Shown here: piece by piece, positions 11,500 to 21,733 of the stretch
Layout of the letters: every line of letters begins with the position of its first letter
Numbering within the stretch: the first letter of the stretch is position 1
NCBI GenBank assembly: GCA_004431415.1
Contig: QPMI01000476.1
Span: 1-35,967, forward strand
Direction of reading: 5' to 3'
Source: Cyanophora paradoxa CCMP329
Lineage: Eukaryota > Plantae > Glaucophyta
DNA length: 35,967 nucleotides
Notes under the pieces: generated by a model
Told to the model about the DNA's origin: nothing
The model's input: only the letters and a program-made list of their open reading frames with translations
The model's database searches: none
Made by a program: the position numbers and the translations under genes

Positions 11500-12885
11500 C
11501 TAGCTAGTTTTGGTCCTTTCTCTTAGTGTTCTCTGAGGTTTAGGGGCTGTATATGACTCCTTAGTAGTCTGAAAGTCATTATACCATCTCTGGCTATTAA
11601 CCTCAGAAAGTTTCTGTGTCCCTGCTATAGTGAGCTTTTTGAGTTCCCTGTTAACTTTCCCAGCCTTCTCCTTTCTAGCCTCTATCAAAGGCTTATCTGG
11701 GACTTCATTAGCAGCTTCTATGCCTTCTCTCCTTATAGCAGCATCAGCCCTGGCTTCCTCTTTAGCTTGCTCCAAGGCATCCACTGTAGGGGTTTCTAGA
11801 TATTCAACTGCATTCACAGGCAACAGCTCATGGAAAGCAAACCTGTTTTCTATGATCTCACCAGTGGGACTCCTTAGCTTAAACTTAAAGCCTTCCCTAC
11901 TATCAACAGTGTAAACCATCCTAGACCAATTGTTACCCTGTTTAGCAAAGGGGTTCTTCTCAACTTTCACTCTAACAAACATGCCAGGCTGCATGGTATC
12001 AAGGTAAGCTATTGATTTCTTGAATCTTTCATCTTCTAATCCCACTATATACCTATAATGCTCCTCTGTAGTTTCGCCTGGCTTCATCTTAGTAGCTGAG
12101 TGAACTGTATTATTGTAATTATACTCAATATCACCTAACACATCAAAGAATCTAGCTGTGTTATTAGCTATGCAATAGTTTGTGATCAGTCTCTTAATCT
12201 GCTTGTTAAAGGCTTCAATTCGACCTTGGCTTCTATGGTCAGCAGTTCCACTCACTTGGTGTTCTATGAATTTACTAGATAAATACTCCTGGAATATTCG
12301 ATTTTGGAATTCACTCCCAGCATCTGATTGAACTTTTACTATGGGTCTTGCCACTCTCATTTCAAGCTGTTTAAATGCAGCTAATGTAGTGAGAGCTGAT
12401 TTATCCCTTATAGGTATGATATACCCAGTTCTCAGTGTAGATTCCATTGCAGTCATAAAGGTATCATAGCCATTGTTTTGTTTCTTATAAGCTGGGAAAA
12501 AGAGCAAATCAATCACATAGGTATCAAGGGGTTGCCTAATTGGGACCATGGGATCTCTCTTCCTAGATATAGCAGGTGCATTGATCTGAACAACTTCTTG
12601 TTTTTTATAGAACTCTTGCAACTGCTTATAGGATTCATCAGGTAACTCAGCCCTCATAGCTTGAAGCCCTTTGTAACCAGTTCTCACATCATAGAATCTC
12701 TTGGCAATCTTGCTGGTTTCTTTCACTGCAATAGCAACTGGGATCTCTACTGGGACAAGCTCTTTCATCTCTGACTTTTTTACAATTCGAGATTCTCCCT
12801 TTTCCTCCTTGGGAACTGTGATAGGCAGTAGGTTACCTTGTAGTTGCTCAGTGGTTCTCCTAACTATTCTTCCAGTTGCTGGCAT
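11500..12885 (-). CDS. Retroviral-type (rve) DDE integrase, Polinton-like
   Basis: DTYVIDL..VQSDAGSEF..GRIEAFNKQIK catalytic triad, YNNTVHSATKMKP, and C-terminal GMFVRV..F.K..NWS..VY.V. Intact 461-aa ORF. Confidence 0.93.
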   Translation of the reverse strand: MPATGRIVRRTTEQLQGNLLPITVPKEEKGESRIVKKSEMKELVPVEIPVAIAVKETSKIAKRFYDVRTGYKGLQAMRAELPDESYKQLQEFYKKQEVVQINAPAISRKRDPMVPIRQPLDTYVIDLLFFPAYKKQNNGYDTFMTAMESTLRTGYIIPIRDKSALTTLAAFKQLEMRVARPIVKVQSDAGSEFQNRIFQEYLSSKFIEHQVSGTADHRSQGRIEAFNKQIKRLITNYCIANNTARFFDVLGDIEYNYNNTVHSATKMKPGETTEEHYRYIVGLEDERFKKSIAYLDTMQPGMFVRVKVEKNPFAKQGNNWSRMVYTVDSREGFKFKLRSPTGEIIENRFAFHELLPVNAVEYLETPTVDALEQAKEEARADAAIRREGIEAANEVPDKPLIEARKEKAGKVNRELKKLTIAGTQKLSEVNSQRWYNDFQTTKESYTAPKPQRTLRERTKTS

Positions 12886-12888
12886 CTC

Positions 12889-15800
12889 TTAATTAAAAGG
12901 AACAGAATTAATACCATCTGGTAAGATGTATCTCTTTGCATCAAAGCAGTTTAGGGCAACCCTTCTACTCACAGTGTCTATTATTGTGTGATCTGCCCTT
13001 CTTTTCTGCTTTGCAGTCACAGTCTTGCTGATACCTGCAAATAAACACTGTTTAAAATCATTAAATTGGAGTTCCTCAGTTGAAGTCCCAGAGAGCTTAC
13101 TCCTCTCAATCTCAGCAGTTCTGAAACTGTAAACTTTAGCTCTCAGACCCACATACTCCAATATAGCAGAGCCAGGCATTTCATTTTTGTATTTACCTGG
13201 GGTCATTCTGGAATCACCTCCAAGGTCTAATGCATAGGATATATTCTCTATATCTTTTTGTAGGGTCTTAGATTCGATATATAGACAAAAGGAGTCAGTA
13301 TCATGGAATAGTAACTTTGCTTTTGTCCATTGGGACCTTACAGTATCATAGAAGAACTTGTAGTTATGCAGTTTGGCTGCATCCAGAACATAAGCCCCAA
13401 TAGCAACTGGCTTATCTAGCTTCACATGCTTTGTGTAAAACTCAAAGGCAACTGCTTTTTCGTTTATGGGACTTGTTGATTTCACCAATGGGGAGGCTGC
13501 ATATTTCATAAACAGTTTCTCACTGTTTGCAATCTTAACCACAGATCTACCTCTGCAAGATTCAATGCATTTCCCATAGATTGAGTTATTCATGAGTTTA
13601 TAGAAATCAGCCTCGAATTTATTCACTGCTTTCCTTCTCATCTCAGTATTCAGCTCAATGTAGGGTTTCATTACAGGAGCCACAGTAAATGATAGGACCC
13701 TGTGAACCTTCTTTAGTTTCACCCCTTTGTCCAACAGATACTGTAGAAGAGGCTCAGAAATCACATAGTTGGTCACAGAACCAAAGGTTGCAGTTAGCTT
13801 AGGGTCTTATCAAGCTCTTCTCCTGAGAGATCTAATAGGCTCTTTTGATATTGTGATAATTCTGCATATTCTACTATTTTCTTGTTAATAATTAGGGGGA
13901 AATCACTGTGGTCTAGATATAGCCTAATTGGGTAATCCAGATCAACTTCCAGGAAACTGGATCTGTTATCTTGTGGGTTGAATTCGGTCTCCCATCTAAA
14001 ATCACCAACTGGGATTGGCTGACTCAAACAGTAGCCATACAAGTTGTTAGCATCAAACAGCATTATATGGGAGTTCTCACCATCAGCCTCAGCATACCTA
14101 CAAGGCATTGTTGCAAAGCCACCCTGATTCCCCTCTCAACAAATTCGTATTGCTCTACATCACTTATAAGCTCTATTTTTGCCTTGGTGGTCCTAAGCAT
14201 AGCATCCCAAGATAACCCAGGTGCAGATACATAATGAACTGGGTCCAATCCATATACTGAGTGTGAAAGCCTTCTGAAAGCCTGGAATTTGCTCATTAAC
14301 TCATCTACATCAGCAGCCCCAAAGTCCATAAAATTACTTGCATCAATGAACTTGTAAAGACCCCATTGCAATGAAAGGTATTGATCAAAGTTTTTCGAAA
14401 GGATTTCGATTCGCTTTTTATCACCCATGCCTGCTATTTTTCTGAAAATGAATGTCCCACAGTCATCCATTTGGTCAACAACCACTGCTACTTTTGTTTG
14501 CTTTGAGATTCTCCTATGGAGATTGCAGTTTCTGCATGCAGGTGCAATGTAATTACCTGTGTGGTGATCATGATCCCTGCATTTGAAGTTTTCCTTGGTG
14601 AACCTCTCACTGCAAAGGTAACAGTGTTTGGTAGCTCTGTAAATAGCCTTTTGCTCATCTGTGAGTTCATTCATGGGAATATTGGTGAACAGGAAATCGA
14701 TTAGCTCTCTTGCTTTGGACTCCAAGCATTCAAACAGACCTCCCATTGGATCCTGACCCTCAAATCGAAACTCCTGAACATCTGCCCCAGTGACTATTCT
14801 AATGTTGACTGCTGAGACTTCCCTCTTGGATTTCGATGCATCAATGGGGATGCTTCTATGTTCAATCTTGCAGTAAACCACAACAGGAAGCCAGACAGTT
14901 TTCCTGAGGTTTTTCAGTCCAAACTCTATTGTGGTGTCAGGCTTAGGGGTGATTCCCTTTGAGAGTCTCCAATCAATGCATCTGTTTGAGTCCACATGAG
15001 CAGTCAGTTTAGCCTCAGACCTGAATCGAGATAAGCATGTATCACAGTAGTGTAACTTTTGATCCTTGGTTTTATCAAGGGCAACTCTGAGAAGTCTTGA
15101 AAGGGACATGATAGTAATATAGTGACCATTCCCTTCATCATCATGAATGAGCATTAGATTAATCTTTTGCTTTCTGCCTGGGTTGCTGGATTGATGTAGG
15201 GGATATATAACATCTCCATCCATTCCAAATATGTTTATGCTGATGCCTGCATTTTGAGATTCGAATTTATCAATGATTTCAGCATCACAAGGAACAGGGA
15301 ATGGGATATTGTCGAAATTGAGAGCCAAAGGATTGTATGTGGTTGGTGAGTATTTCCATTTGCGATATTGTGTAAGCTCACTTCTCTTGTGGGAATTTAC
15401 ATCTTTCCTATGGATCCATGCCAAAATGGCATTTTCAAAGCAAGAATCATCAATATTTCGAATATTCACTGTGGCTCTCTTGGCTGCAATTGATTCTGGT
15501 GTTTTAACATAGCAGCCACCAGTTGGGGCATAACTCATAATAGCAACTCTTAGCATTTCGATTCTCTCCAATCGATAGCTATCAACAACATTCATCTGTT
15601 CCTGACACATTTGGGCTGCTTTATTCAGCTCAGTTCGAATATTTCTCGATTTGGTTAATACAAAATAATCGCTGTAAATGTATTTCGATATCCAAACCTG
15701 TGGATTGCTGACTTTTACGAACTTGCAGATAAACGACAAGCGAACTTTGATTGCCCTGAATTGATCCAGACTATCTCTTAAACGTTTTGGTAGAGAGGTT

Positions 15801-16131
15801 GCAATTCTATCTAAATATTCAATCACATCTACCACAACTTCCCTTCTGGCTCTGTATGTGAGCCAGCGATATAATTCATTCATGGCTGTTCCATCTTCTG
15901 CCTCTGGTTCTATTTGCCTCAGGCGATCGAGTTCATCAAGAGTCTCAACTTTGTCATAGAGGTTATTGGCTTTTCTGGTTAATTTTGCTAAAGTGGGTCT
16001 GCCCCTTGAAATAAATCCGATTTCCCGGTCATATTCAGCCTCTGTGATTTCATGGGCTGCATACAGTGTTCCCAGTAATCCCATAAGTTCCCATTTCTTC
16101 TCTCTAATGAGTCTGTTGCTAATTCGGGCAT
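12889..16131 (-). CDS. Protein-primed family B DNA polymerase, split over three ORFs by frameshifts
   Basis: Motif A DANNLYG, motif B KLMNNSIYGK, motif C HDTDS, and YGLDPVHYVSAPGLSWDAML. EndoVII-like CxxC..RDHDH.TG..CxxCN insert and N-terminal NIDDSCF..AI region typical of Polinton pPolB. The start may be ATG 16131 via one more indel. Confidence 0.92.
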
Positions 16132-16185
16132 AGTTCCTAACTTGTTCCTACTAAAAGGGAGGTTTTAAATGGGGAATTCTGAACA

Positions 16186-16236
16186 CAAAATTTGATGAAA
16201 ACTACTTAAAGAAATATCTTCTATATATATAAAAGG
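16186..16236 (+). promoter_or_regulatory. Conserved viral promoter-like motif, copy 1
   Basis: CAAAATTTGA..ACTACTTAAAGAAATATCTTCTATATATATAAAAGG directly before ATG 16240; near-identical to copy 3. Confidence 0.7.
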
Positions 16237-16239
16237 ACA

Positions 16240-17055
16240 ATGGCAGAGAAGAAATCGTATTGCCTGGAAAAGCTCAAAGCGGCTTTAATGTTGCTTTGTG
16301 GATCTGATAACTTCAATGATTATGTTGCTCTTGGAAGTAACAGGAAACCGCTCCCTCTTTGGGCAAAGCTTGCAAAATATGGATTAAGTGACTATGACCT
16401 GCCTCCAGAGTCTGAGCATTGCGCCTGTGATCATCCAATTAAAGAGCAATGCTATATTCTGCATGTTAATAAAAAGATTGTGGTCATTGTTGGGAATTGC
16501 TGCATTTTACGATTTATTCCGAAGGGTGCCAGAGGTCAAGATATATGTGAAAGATGTGGAGATCGGCATAAAAACCGAAAGGATAATTTCTGTAATAAGT
16601 GCAGAATCGCTTTAAAGCAAGAAGAACTGGAAAGAAAAAGAGAACTTGAAAAACAAGAGGAAGCTCGAAAGAGGCAGCTTGAATTAGAAGAAAGAGAGCG
16701 AAGAGAGAGAGAATTAGAACAAGAAAGAGCAAGGAATAAACATGCAGTTAATCTTTTCCTGATTTGGTGCAACCAATTTATTCCGAAAATGGATAATCTT
16801 CGCAGAGATGATATAGAGAGGTTCAGAGAGGGCAGATCTGCATTGATTGAAATGTATGCAGAACTCAGTACAACAAATACATTGGTTGCTGGGTTTCAGG
16901 TGCCTTATCTTAAAAAAGATATCGCAAAAGGATTAGATTGCAGATGGAATAAGGACAAGAAAACATGGGAGACCTTGGAAATCGAACCATTTGTAGCATT
17001 GCTAGGTAAGCATTTCAAACTTATGTATATTGAGCGATTTGGACAAAGAGGTTAG
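16240..17055 (+). CDS. Zn-finger / coiled-coil protein with DUF5710-like C-terminus
   Basis: CACDHPIKEQCYI..VGNCCI..F, two CxxC pairs, an E/R coiled coil, and VPYLKKDIAKGLDCRWNKDKKTW. Confidence 0.7.
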   Translation: MAEKKSYCLEKLKAALMLLCGSDNFNDYVALGSNRKPLPLWAKLAKYGLSDYDLPPESEHCACDHPIKEQCYILHVNKKIVVIVGNCCILRFIPKGARGQDICERCGDRHKNRKDNFCNKCRIALKQEELERKRELEKQEEARKRQLELEERERRERELEQERARNKHAVNLFLIWCNQFIPKMDNLRRDDIERFREGRSALIEMYAELSTTNTLVAGFQVPYLKKDIAKGLDCRWNKDKKTWETLEIEPFVALLGKHFKLMYIERFGQRG

Positions 17056-17059
17056 AGAA

Positions 17060-17100
17060 CAAAAAATGATTTAAAGAATTCTCTATATATATTAAGAGAG
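17060..17100 (+). promoter_or_regulatory. Conserved viral promoter-like motif, copy 2
   Basis: CAAAAAATGATTTAAAGAATTCTCTATATATATTAAG before ATG 17112. Confidence 0.6.
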
Positions 17101-17111
17101 ACAGAGGAAAA

Positions 17112-17366
17112 ATGCCACTCAGTGAAGCCCAGAAGAGAGCTATGAAGAGATACCAGCAAACTGAAAAAGGTAAGGCTCAAATCAAAAAGTTTAACGAAAA
17201 AATAGCCACACAGCTTAGAGATCTATATCAAACCGATGATACCTATAGAGCAATGAAAATAGCAAGTTCATGTCAGCGAAAGTATGCAGCCAATGCAGTC
17301 TGCTTTGTCAAGTATTTGTATGATGTCCCTTACTCAAATAGAGGGAGAAAATTGAAACATGTCTAA
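17112..17366 (+). CDS. Small basic protein (putative DNA-binding)
   Basis: MPLSEAQKRAMKRYQQTEKGK; has its own promoter motif and a 3' hairpin. Confidence 0.7.
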   Translation: MPLSEAQKRAMKRYQQTEKGKAQIKKFNEKIATQLRDLYQTDDTYRAMKIASSCQRKYAANAVCFVKYLYDVPYSNRGRKLKHV

Positions 17367-17500
17367 ATTATTTTCCCAGCATATTACTAGGCTGGGGATA
17401 TGCTGTTTATTCGCTGAAATACCCATTCATCCTTTTTGTATCTAAACCACTCGATATATCATGTGGATAAATTTCGTAGGGATACTTTCTCGATTTCCAA

Positions 17501-17560
17501 CAAAAAATGATTGGGGACCCAAAACTACTTAAAGAAAAATCTTCTATATATATAAAAGGG
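17501..17560 (+). promoter_or_regulatory. Conserved viral promoter-like motif, copy 3
   Basis: CAAAAAATGA..ACTACTTAAAGAAAAATCTTCTATATATATAAAAGG before ATG 17577. Confidence 0.7.
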
Positions 17561-17576
17561 ACCCCGATCGCTGAAA

Positions 17577-19902
17577 ATGAACGCCAAACAGACTAAATCG
17601 CTCAAATCGCTCGCTAACTGGCTCAGATCTGATGAGGAACTGTCCAAAAACATGATTATCCCAGTGAAACCTGACAGCAAAGACCCTGTTTTCAAGCATA
17701 AGGGAGGTGCATGGTCCTGGGAAAAGTATGAGGAAGCGCTGGCAACTAATCAGTATGTATCTTGGGCATTCTGCTCTCAGACAACATGATGGTTATTGAC
17801 TTTGATGATGAGGAGGACTTTGAGAAATTCCGGGATATGTTTCCTGATGACTTTGATGCCAATCAGCCCATGGCAAAAACTAAAAAAGGCTATCATGTCT
17901 ACTTTAAACGACCTGAGGAGTTCAATAAACTCAAAATTACCGATAAGGCTCCTGGCTTTAAAGGCTTTGAGAAGGTTGACCTGAAAACAATCACTGGAAC
18001 TGGAACTTCTGGACTGATCAATGTGTGTCCCAGTGTGAACAAGGCTTGGGTAATCTCCCCATGGGATGATACCTGTGATTTCAATGAGCCTACTGATGAC
18101 TTCAAAAAGTGGATAATAGATAACTACATCTATAAGAGTGAGTATACTGCTAATGCTACCTCACATGATGAACTGGAAAACAATATTATCAAAGAGCTGG
18201 TGGATATGGGATTTATGCATCCCAATATAATCTCTAAAACTGAACTTGGCTTTAACTTTGATGCTGCTAACAAGGGACTCAATTGCCCATGCTGCAATGG
18301 TTCACATGAATCGAATAACTGGTATGTTATGAAAGCTAAAGGAGATGATAACAAATACATTGTGTCAAGCTACAGTGGAAATTGCAAAAAACGATTCATC
18401 TGCATTGGAATGCAATCTGATATCTTCAATCTTATAGATAAATCCGCTGGTTCTGGTGGCGCTCATTATGATGTGAGTTTAGTATGCAAAGAGGTTCTTA
18501 AACATACATGGAGATACTCCAAAAAGTCATGGTTCAAACTCAATACTGATACTGGGATTTGGGAGCATGATGACACAAACCTAAAGATTTACCTAGATAT
18601 AAGCCGTCTTGTTGTCCCCCAATACCTTGGAAGGGCTGTGCATTATAGTCAAAGAGCTTTAAAGGATGAGGAAAACAAAGCAGCTTTCGAAGAAAGATCC
18701 AAAACATTGATGACCATTGCCAAAAATCTTAAACAATCAGGATTTCGCAAATCCCTTCTGACTGACTTGGTCCCACTGCTGAATGATGATGAATTCTTTG
18801 AGAAGATTGACACAGTTCCATATGTGATTGGATTCGAAAATGGTGTATTTGATCTGACCACTATGACTTTCAGAAAGGGTAAACTGGAAGATATGGTGAG
18901 CAAGACTGTGGGTTATGACTATACTGAAAATGTAGACCCCAAGAAAATAGAGCATCTCAATCAGATTTATAAAGAGATTGTGGATGATCCAGCAGAGCGA
19001 AAGTATCTTCTGGCATCCATTGCAATTGCCCTTAGTGGATCAACTAAATCCCAGAAGTTCTATATGTGGACTGGTGCTGGTGCTAATGGTAAATCACTTG
19101 TTCAGGAATACTGCAAACAGATATCTGGTCGCTATTACAGCCCTCTCGAAATATCCTATTGGACTAAGCCTAAAAAGAACTCATCAGAGGCTACTCCTGA
19201 ACTTGCCAAACTCCTTGGAAAGCGACTTGTATTCAGTAATGAGGCTGAAGATGGTGATAAACTGCAGATCTCCAAGATTAAGGAGGTCACAGGTGGAAAT
19301 GAAATGACTGTGAGAGCCTTGTTCAAAGACCCAGTTATCCTTACCCCAATGTTTCAGGTCTACATTACAACTAATGACAATTTGACTATAAATAAACCAG
19401 ACTTTGCAATTCAAAGAAGACTTTCCTATCAGAGATTCAATAATATATTCAGAGAGAAGCCAGAAGCTGGTCAAAAGAAAGCTGACCCAACTCTGTTCAC
19501 ACTTCTACACAATGATGATGAGTATAAGATGGCTCACATGAAGATATTACTGGATATGTGGAAGAACAAAGAGGTTGAAGAGATCTTAAGAAGTCCCCTC
19601 AATCGATTATTGAACAGGGAATTAACTTTATAGCTGAAAATGATAAGATTGGTGAATGGCTTCGAGATAATTTCGAGGTTACACATAATGCTAACGACTT
19701 TGTTTCCAGTGATATCATTTACAAATCATACAAAAGTGTTGATGATAAAGTTGAATGTGTATCTGTTATGAAAAGAGTAAGGGAGATCTTCAATGTTAAA
19801 TCAGAAAGAAAACGAGTTAATGGTATTCTTGCCAGAGGATATATTGGGATTCGAAAGATAACAAGGGTTCAGGAAGACAATGAAGATGATGCCGAATATT
19901 AA
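17577..19902 (+). CDS. Prim-pol / D5-like SF3 primase-helicase (two frameshifts)
   Basis: VIDFDD and TKKGYHVYF (AEP/prim-pol motifs), Zn finger CPCC..H..C, IGFENGVFDL, Walker A GAGANGKS, IKEVTGG..VRALF, TTND. Frameshifts at ~17770 and ~19600. Confidence 0.9.
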
Positions 19903-19943
19903 AGAAAACGATTAATGATTGAGATTTACATATATTTTTATAG

Positions 19944-20064
19944 CCTTACTGAAAATGGTTTGTGTGACAGGTGTGACAGGTCCATCCCAAGGAAAGCCCT
20001 GGTGAAAAGTTGATTTTCAAAATCGATGGGATAGACCTGTCACACCTGTCACACCTGTCACACC
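19944..20064 (-). repeat. Internal inverted copy of the TIR palindrome
   Basis: CCTTACTGAAAATGGTTTGTGTGACAGGTGTGACAGGTCCATCCCA...TGGGATAGACCTGTCACACCTGTCACACCTGTCACAC. The left flank is the reverse complement of the TIR flank AAACCATATTCAGTAAGG. Confidence 0.9.
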
Positions 20065-20131
20065 TATCGAAAATGACCAAAATTTGACAAGAATACTTAA
20101 GGCTTACTTGATTGTGTATAGTGAAGACAAA

Positions 20132-20353
20132 ATGGCAAAGACTCTTGATGAGATGACCATGACTGAGTTAGATAAATGCATAAAGCATGGAGATATAGGG
20201 GCATATATCGAAATGTCACAGAGATTGATAGGTTACAATATGTATGCAGCTAAACCAAAGAGAAATAGATCAGTAAACATTCACATAACTGTTTCAGTGT
20301 CTGAGAATGCAAACAAAAAACAACAAAAGCATATTTACAAAAGTTATCTGTGA
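20132..20353 (+). CDS. Hypothetical protein
   Basis: ATG 20132 follows a degenerate copy of the promoter motif (CAAAATTTGA..TACTTAAGG); inverted repeat right after the stop. Confidence 0.5.
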   Translation: MAKTLDEMTMTELDKCIKHGDIGAYIEMSQRLIGYNMYAAKPKRNRSVNIHITVSVSENANKKQQKHIYKSYL

Positions 20354-20446
20354 CTTGCAATTGATTGCAAGTATAAAGCCAATTCCTTTGTATATATTTT
20401 TATAGCTGCCTCAGTGGCATACTGAGACCGCTTTTGCTCAATTATC

Positions 20447-20692
20447 TTATAGACCTGGGGGTCCATTGCTACTATCAGTAGGCAAATAATATTTAATCGG
20501 TCTCCCTCTGGGTCTCTGCTCCTCTTTTTGGGCTTTTCTGCGATAATAGGATGCCAGGGCTTGCTGCTTTTTATACTCTCTATATGCTGGGTCCTCTCTA
20601 TATCGTTTCTGCATTGCCAGAATGTGTCTTATAGACCCCTCAGTAACAGGTTCATCACTGGTAAACTCGATTAAACTAATAGTGTCCTCCAT
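20447..20692 (-). CDS. Small basic protein with an AT-hook
   Basis: RYREDPAYREYKKQQALASYYRRK and RPRGRP. Confidence 0.65.
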   Translation of the reverse strand: MEDTISLIEFTSDEPVTEGSIRHILAMQKRYREDPAYREYKKQQALASYYRRKAQKEEQRPRGRPIKYYLPTDSSNGPPGL

Positions 20693-20948
20693 TTATATTC
20701 CCAGAGAAAACGTTTTCTGCTGGCAGAGAACTTCTCCTTGGATACTCCTGTTGCTCATATGTATACTCTGTGGGGTCTGCTGGCATTGACTCCACAGAAA
20801 CTGTTGATCTCCTTCTCTCTCTTGCCTCAGATACATTATCCTCAGTATCTGACATCTCAAACTCTATTGTTGTGTCACAGCATCCACTGTGGCAATTGCT
20901 TACCACATGCAGACTGAGCATCTCAATAAACTTTCGTATTATATCCAT
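20676..20948 (-). CDS. Hypothetical protein
   Basis: ATG-initiated 90-aa ORF tightly packed in the minus-strand gene run. Confidence 0.5.
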   Translation of the reverse strand: MDIIRKFIEMLSLHVVSNCHSGCCDTTIEFEMSDTEDNVSEARERRRSTVSVESMPADPTEYTYEQQEYPRRSSLPAENVFSGNINGGHY

Positions 20949-20970
20949 GTCTCTAATAAAACAGAGAAAA

Positions 20971-21705
20971 TTAAAGCCAAACTCGTCTTTTATATACTGT
21001 GGGAGCTACTCCCTTTTCTACTTCAGTTTTAGTGGCACCAGGTTCAATGGTTCCCTTTTGGGTCTTTGTTTTCATTTCATCTACTGCTTGCTCATCGATT
21101 TGGTTCTCTTTCTTAGCAATAAACTGTTTATCTGGGACACCAGTAATGCCCATTTTATAAACTTCCTTTCGAAGCATCTCCTTTAGCTTGGCTCTCTCTT
21201 TCTTCTCAGTAACATACTGCTCCAAAGCACTGGATTTGGCTTCCAGATCTTTGAGTTTAGCAGTCATCTCATCCCATTGAGCCTTGGGAATTCGATGAAT
21301 ATTTTGAGTGGGAGCAGTCTTATATGTGACTTCACCAGCCATGGACTGGATTACCTTGTCTGATTCCTTACTAAGACCTTCACCTTTGCGAGCCAGTGAT
21401 AGATCTTGCAAGCCTAAACCTTTATCATCAGCAGCACCAATAATTCGCCTGGCACCCTCAGCAACAGCCCTCATTTTCGAAGCTTCTGGTGAGATGTTGA
21501 GTTGATCACTGGTTGAAGCCTGTGGGGCTTTATCATCGACTGATTCCTCATAGGCAGCATTAAGAGGGTCCTCTTCTTGCTGTGAGGGCTTCACCTCATT
21601 CATACCATTGAATTTCATTGGTTCAGTATTAATGGATCCATTGTTTCCACCACCTGAATAGCCAACAGCCCCAGCTGGGATCCCTATCTTTCGTTTGGGA
21701 GGCAT
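20971..21705 (-). CDS. Hypothetical charged protein (possible virion core protein)
   Basis: 244-aa ORF with NLS-like MPPKRK N-terminus and a coiled coil, adjacent to the ATPase and MCP. Confidence 0.65.
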   Translation of the reverse strand: MPPKRKIGIPAGAVGYSGGGNNGSINTEPMKFNGMNEVKPSQQEEDPLNAAYEESVDDKAPQASTSDQLNISPEASKMRAVAEGARRIIGAADDKGLGLQDLSLARKGEGLSKESDKVIQSMAGEVTYKTAPTQNIHRIPKAQWDEMTAKLKDLEAKSSALEQYVTEKKERAKLKEMLRKEVYKMGITGVPDKQFIAKKENQIDEQAVDEMKTKTQKGTIEPGATKTEVEKGVAPTVYKRRVWL

Positions 21706-21733
21706 TGTATCTTTATTAGAATGAGAGATAATT

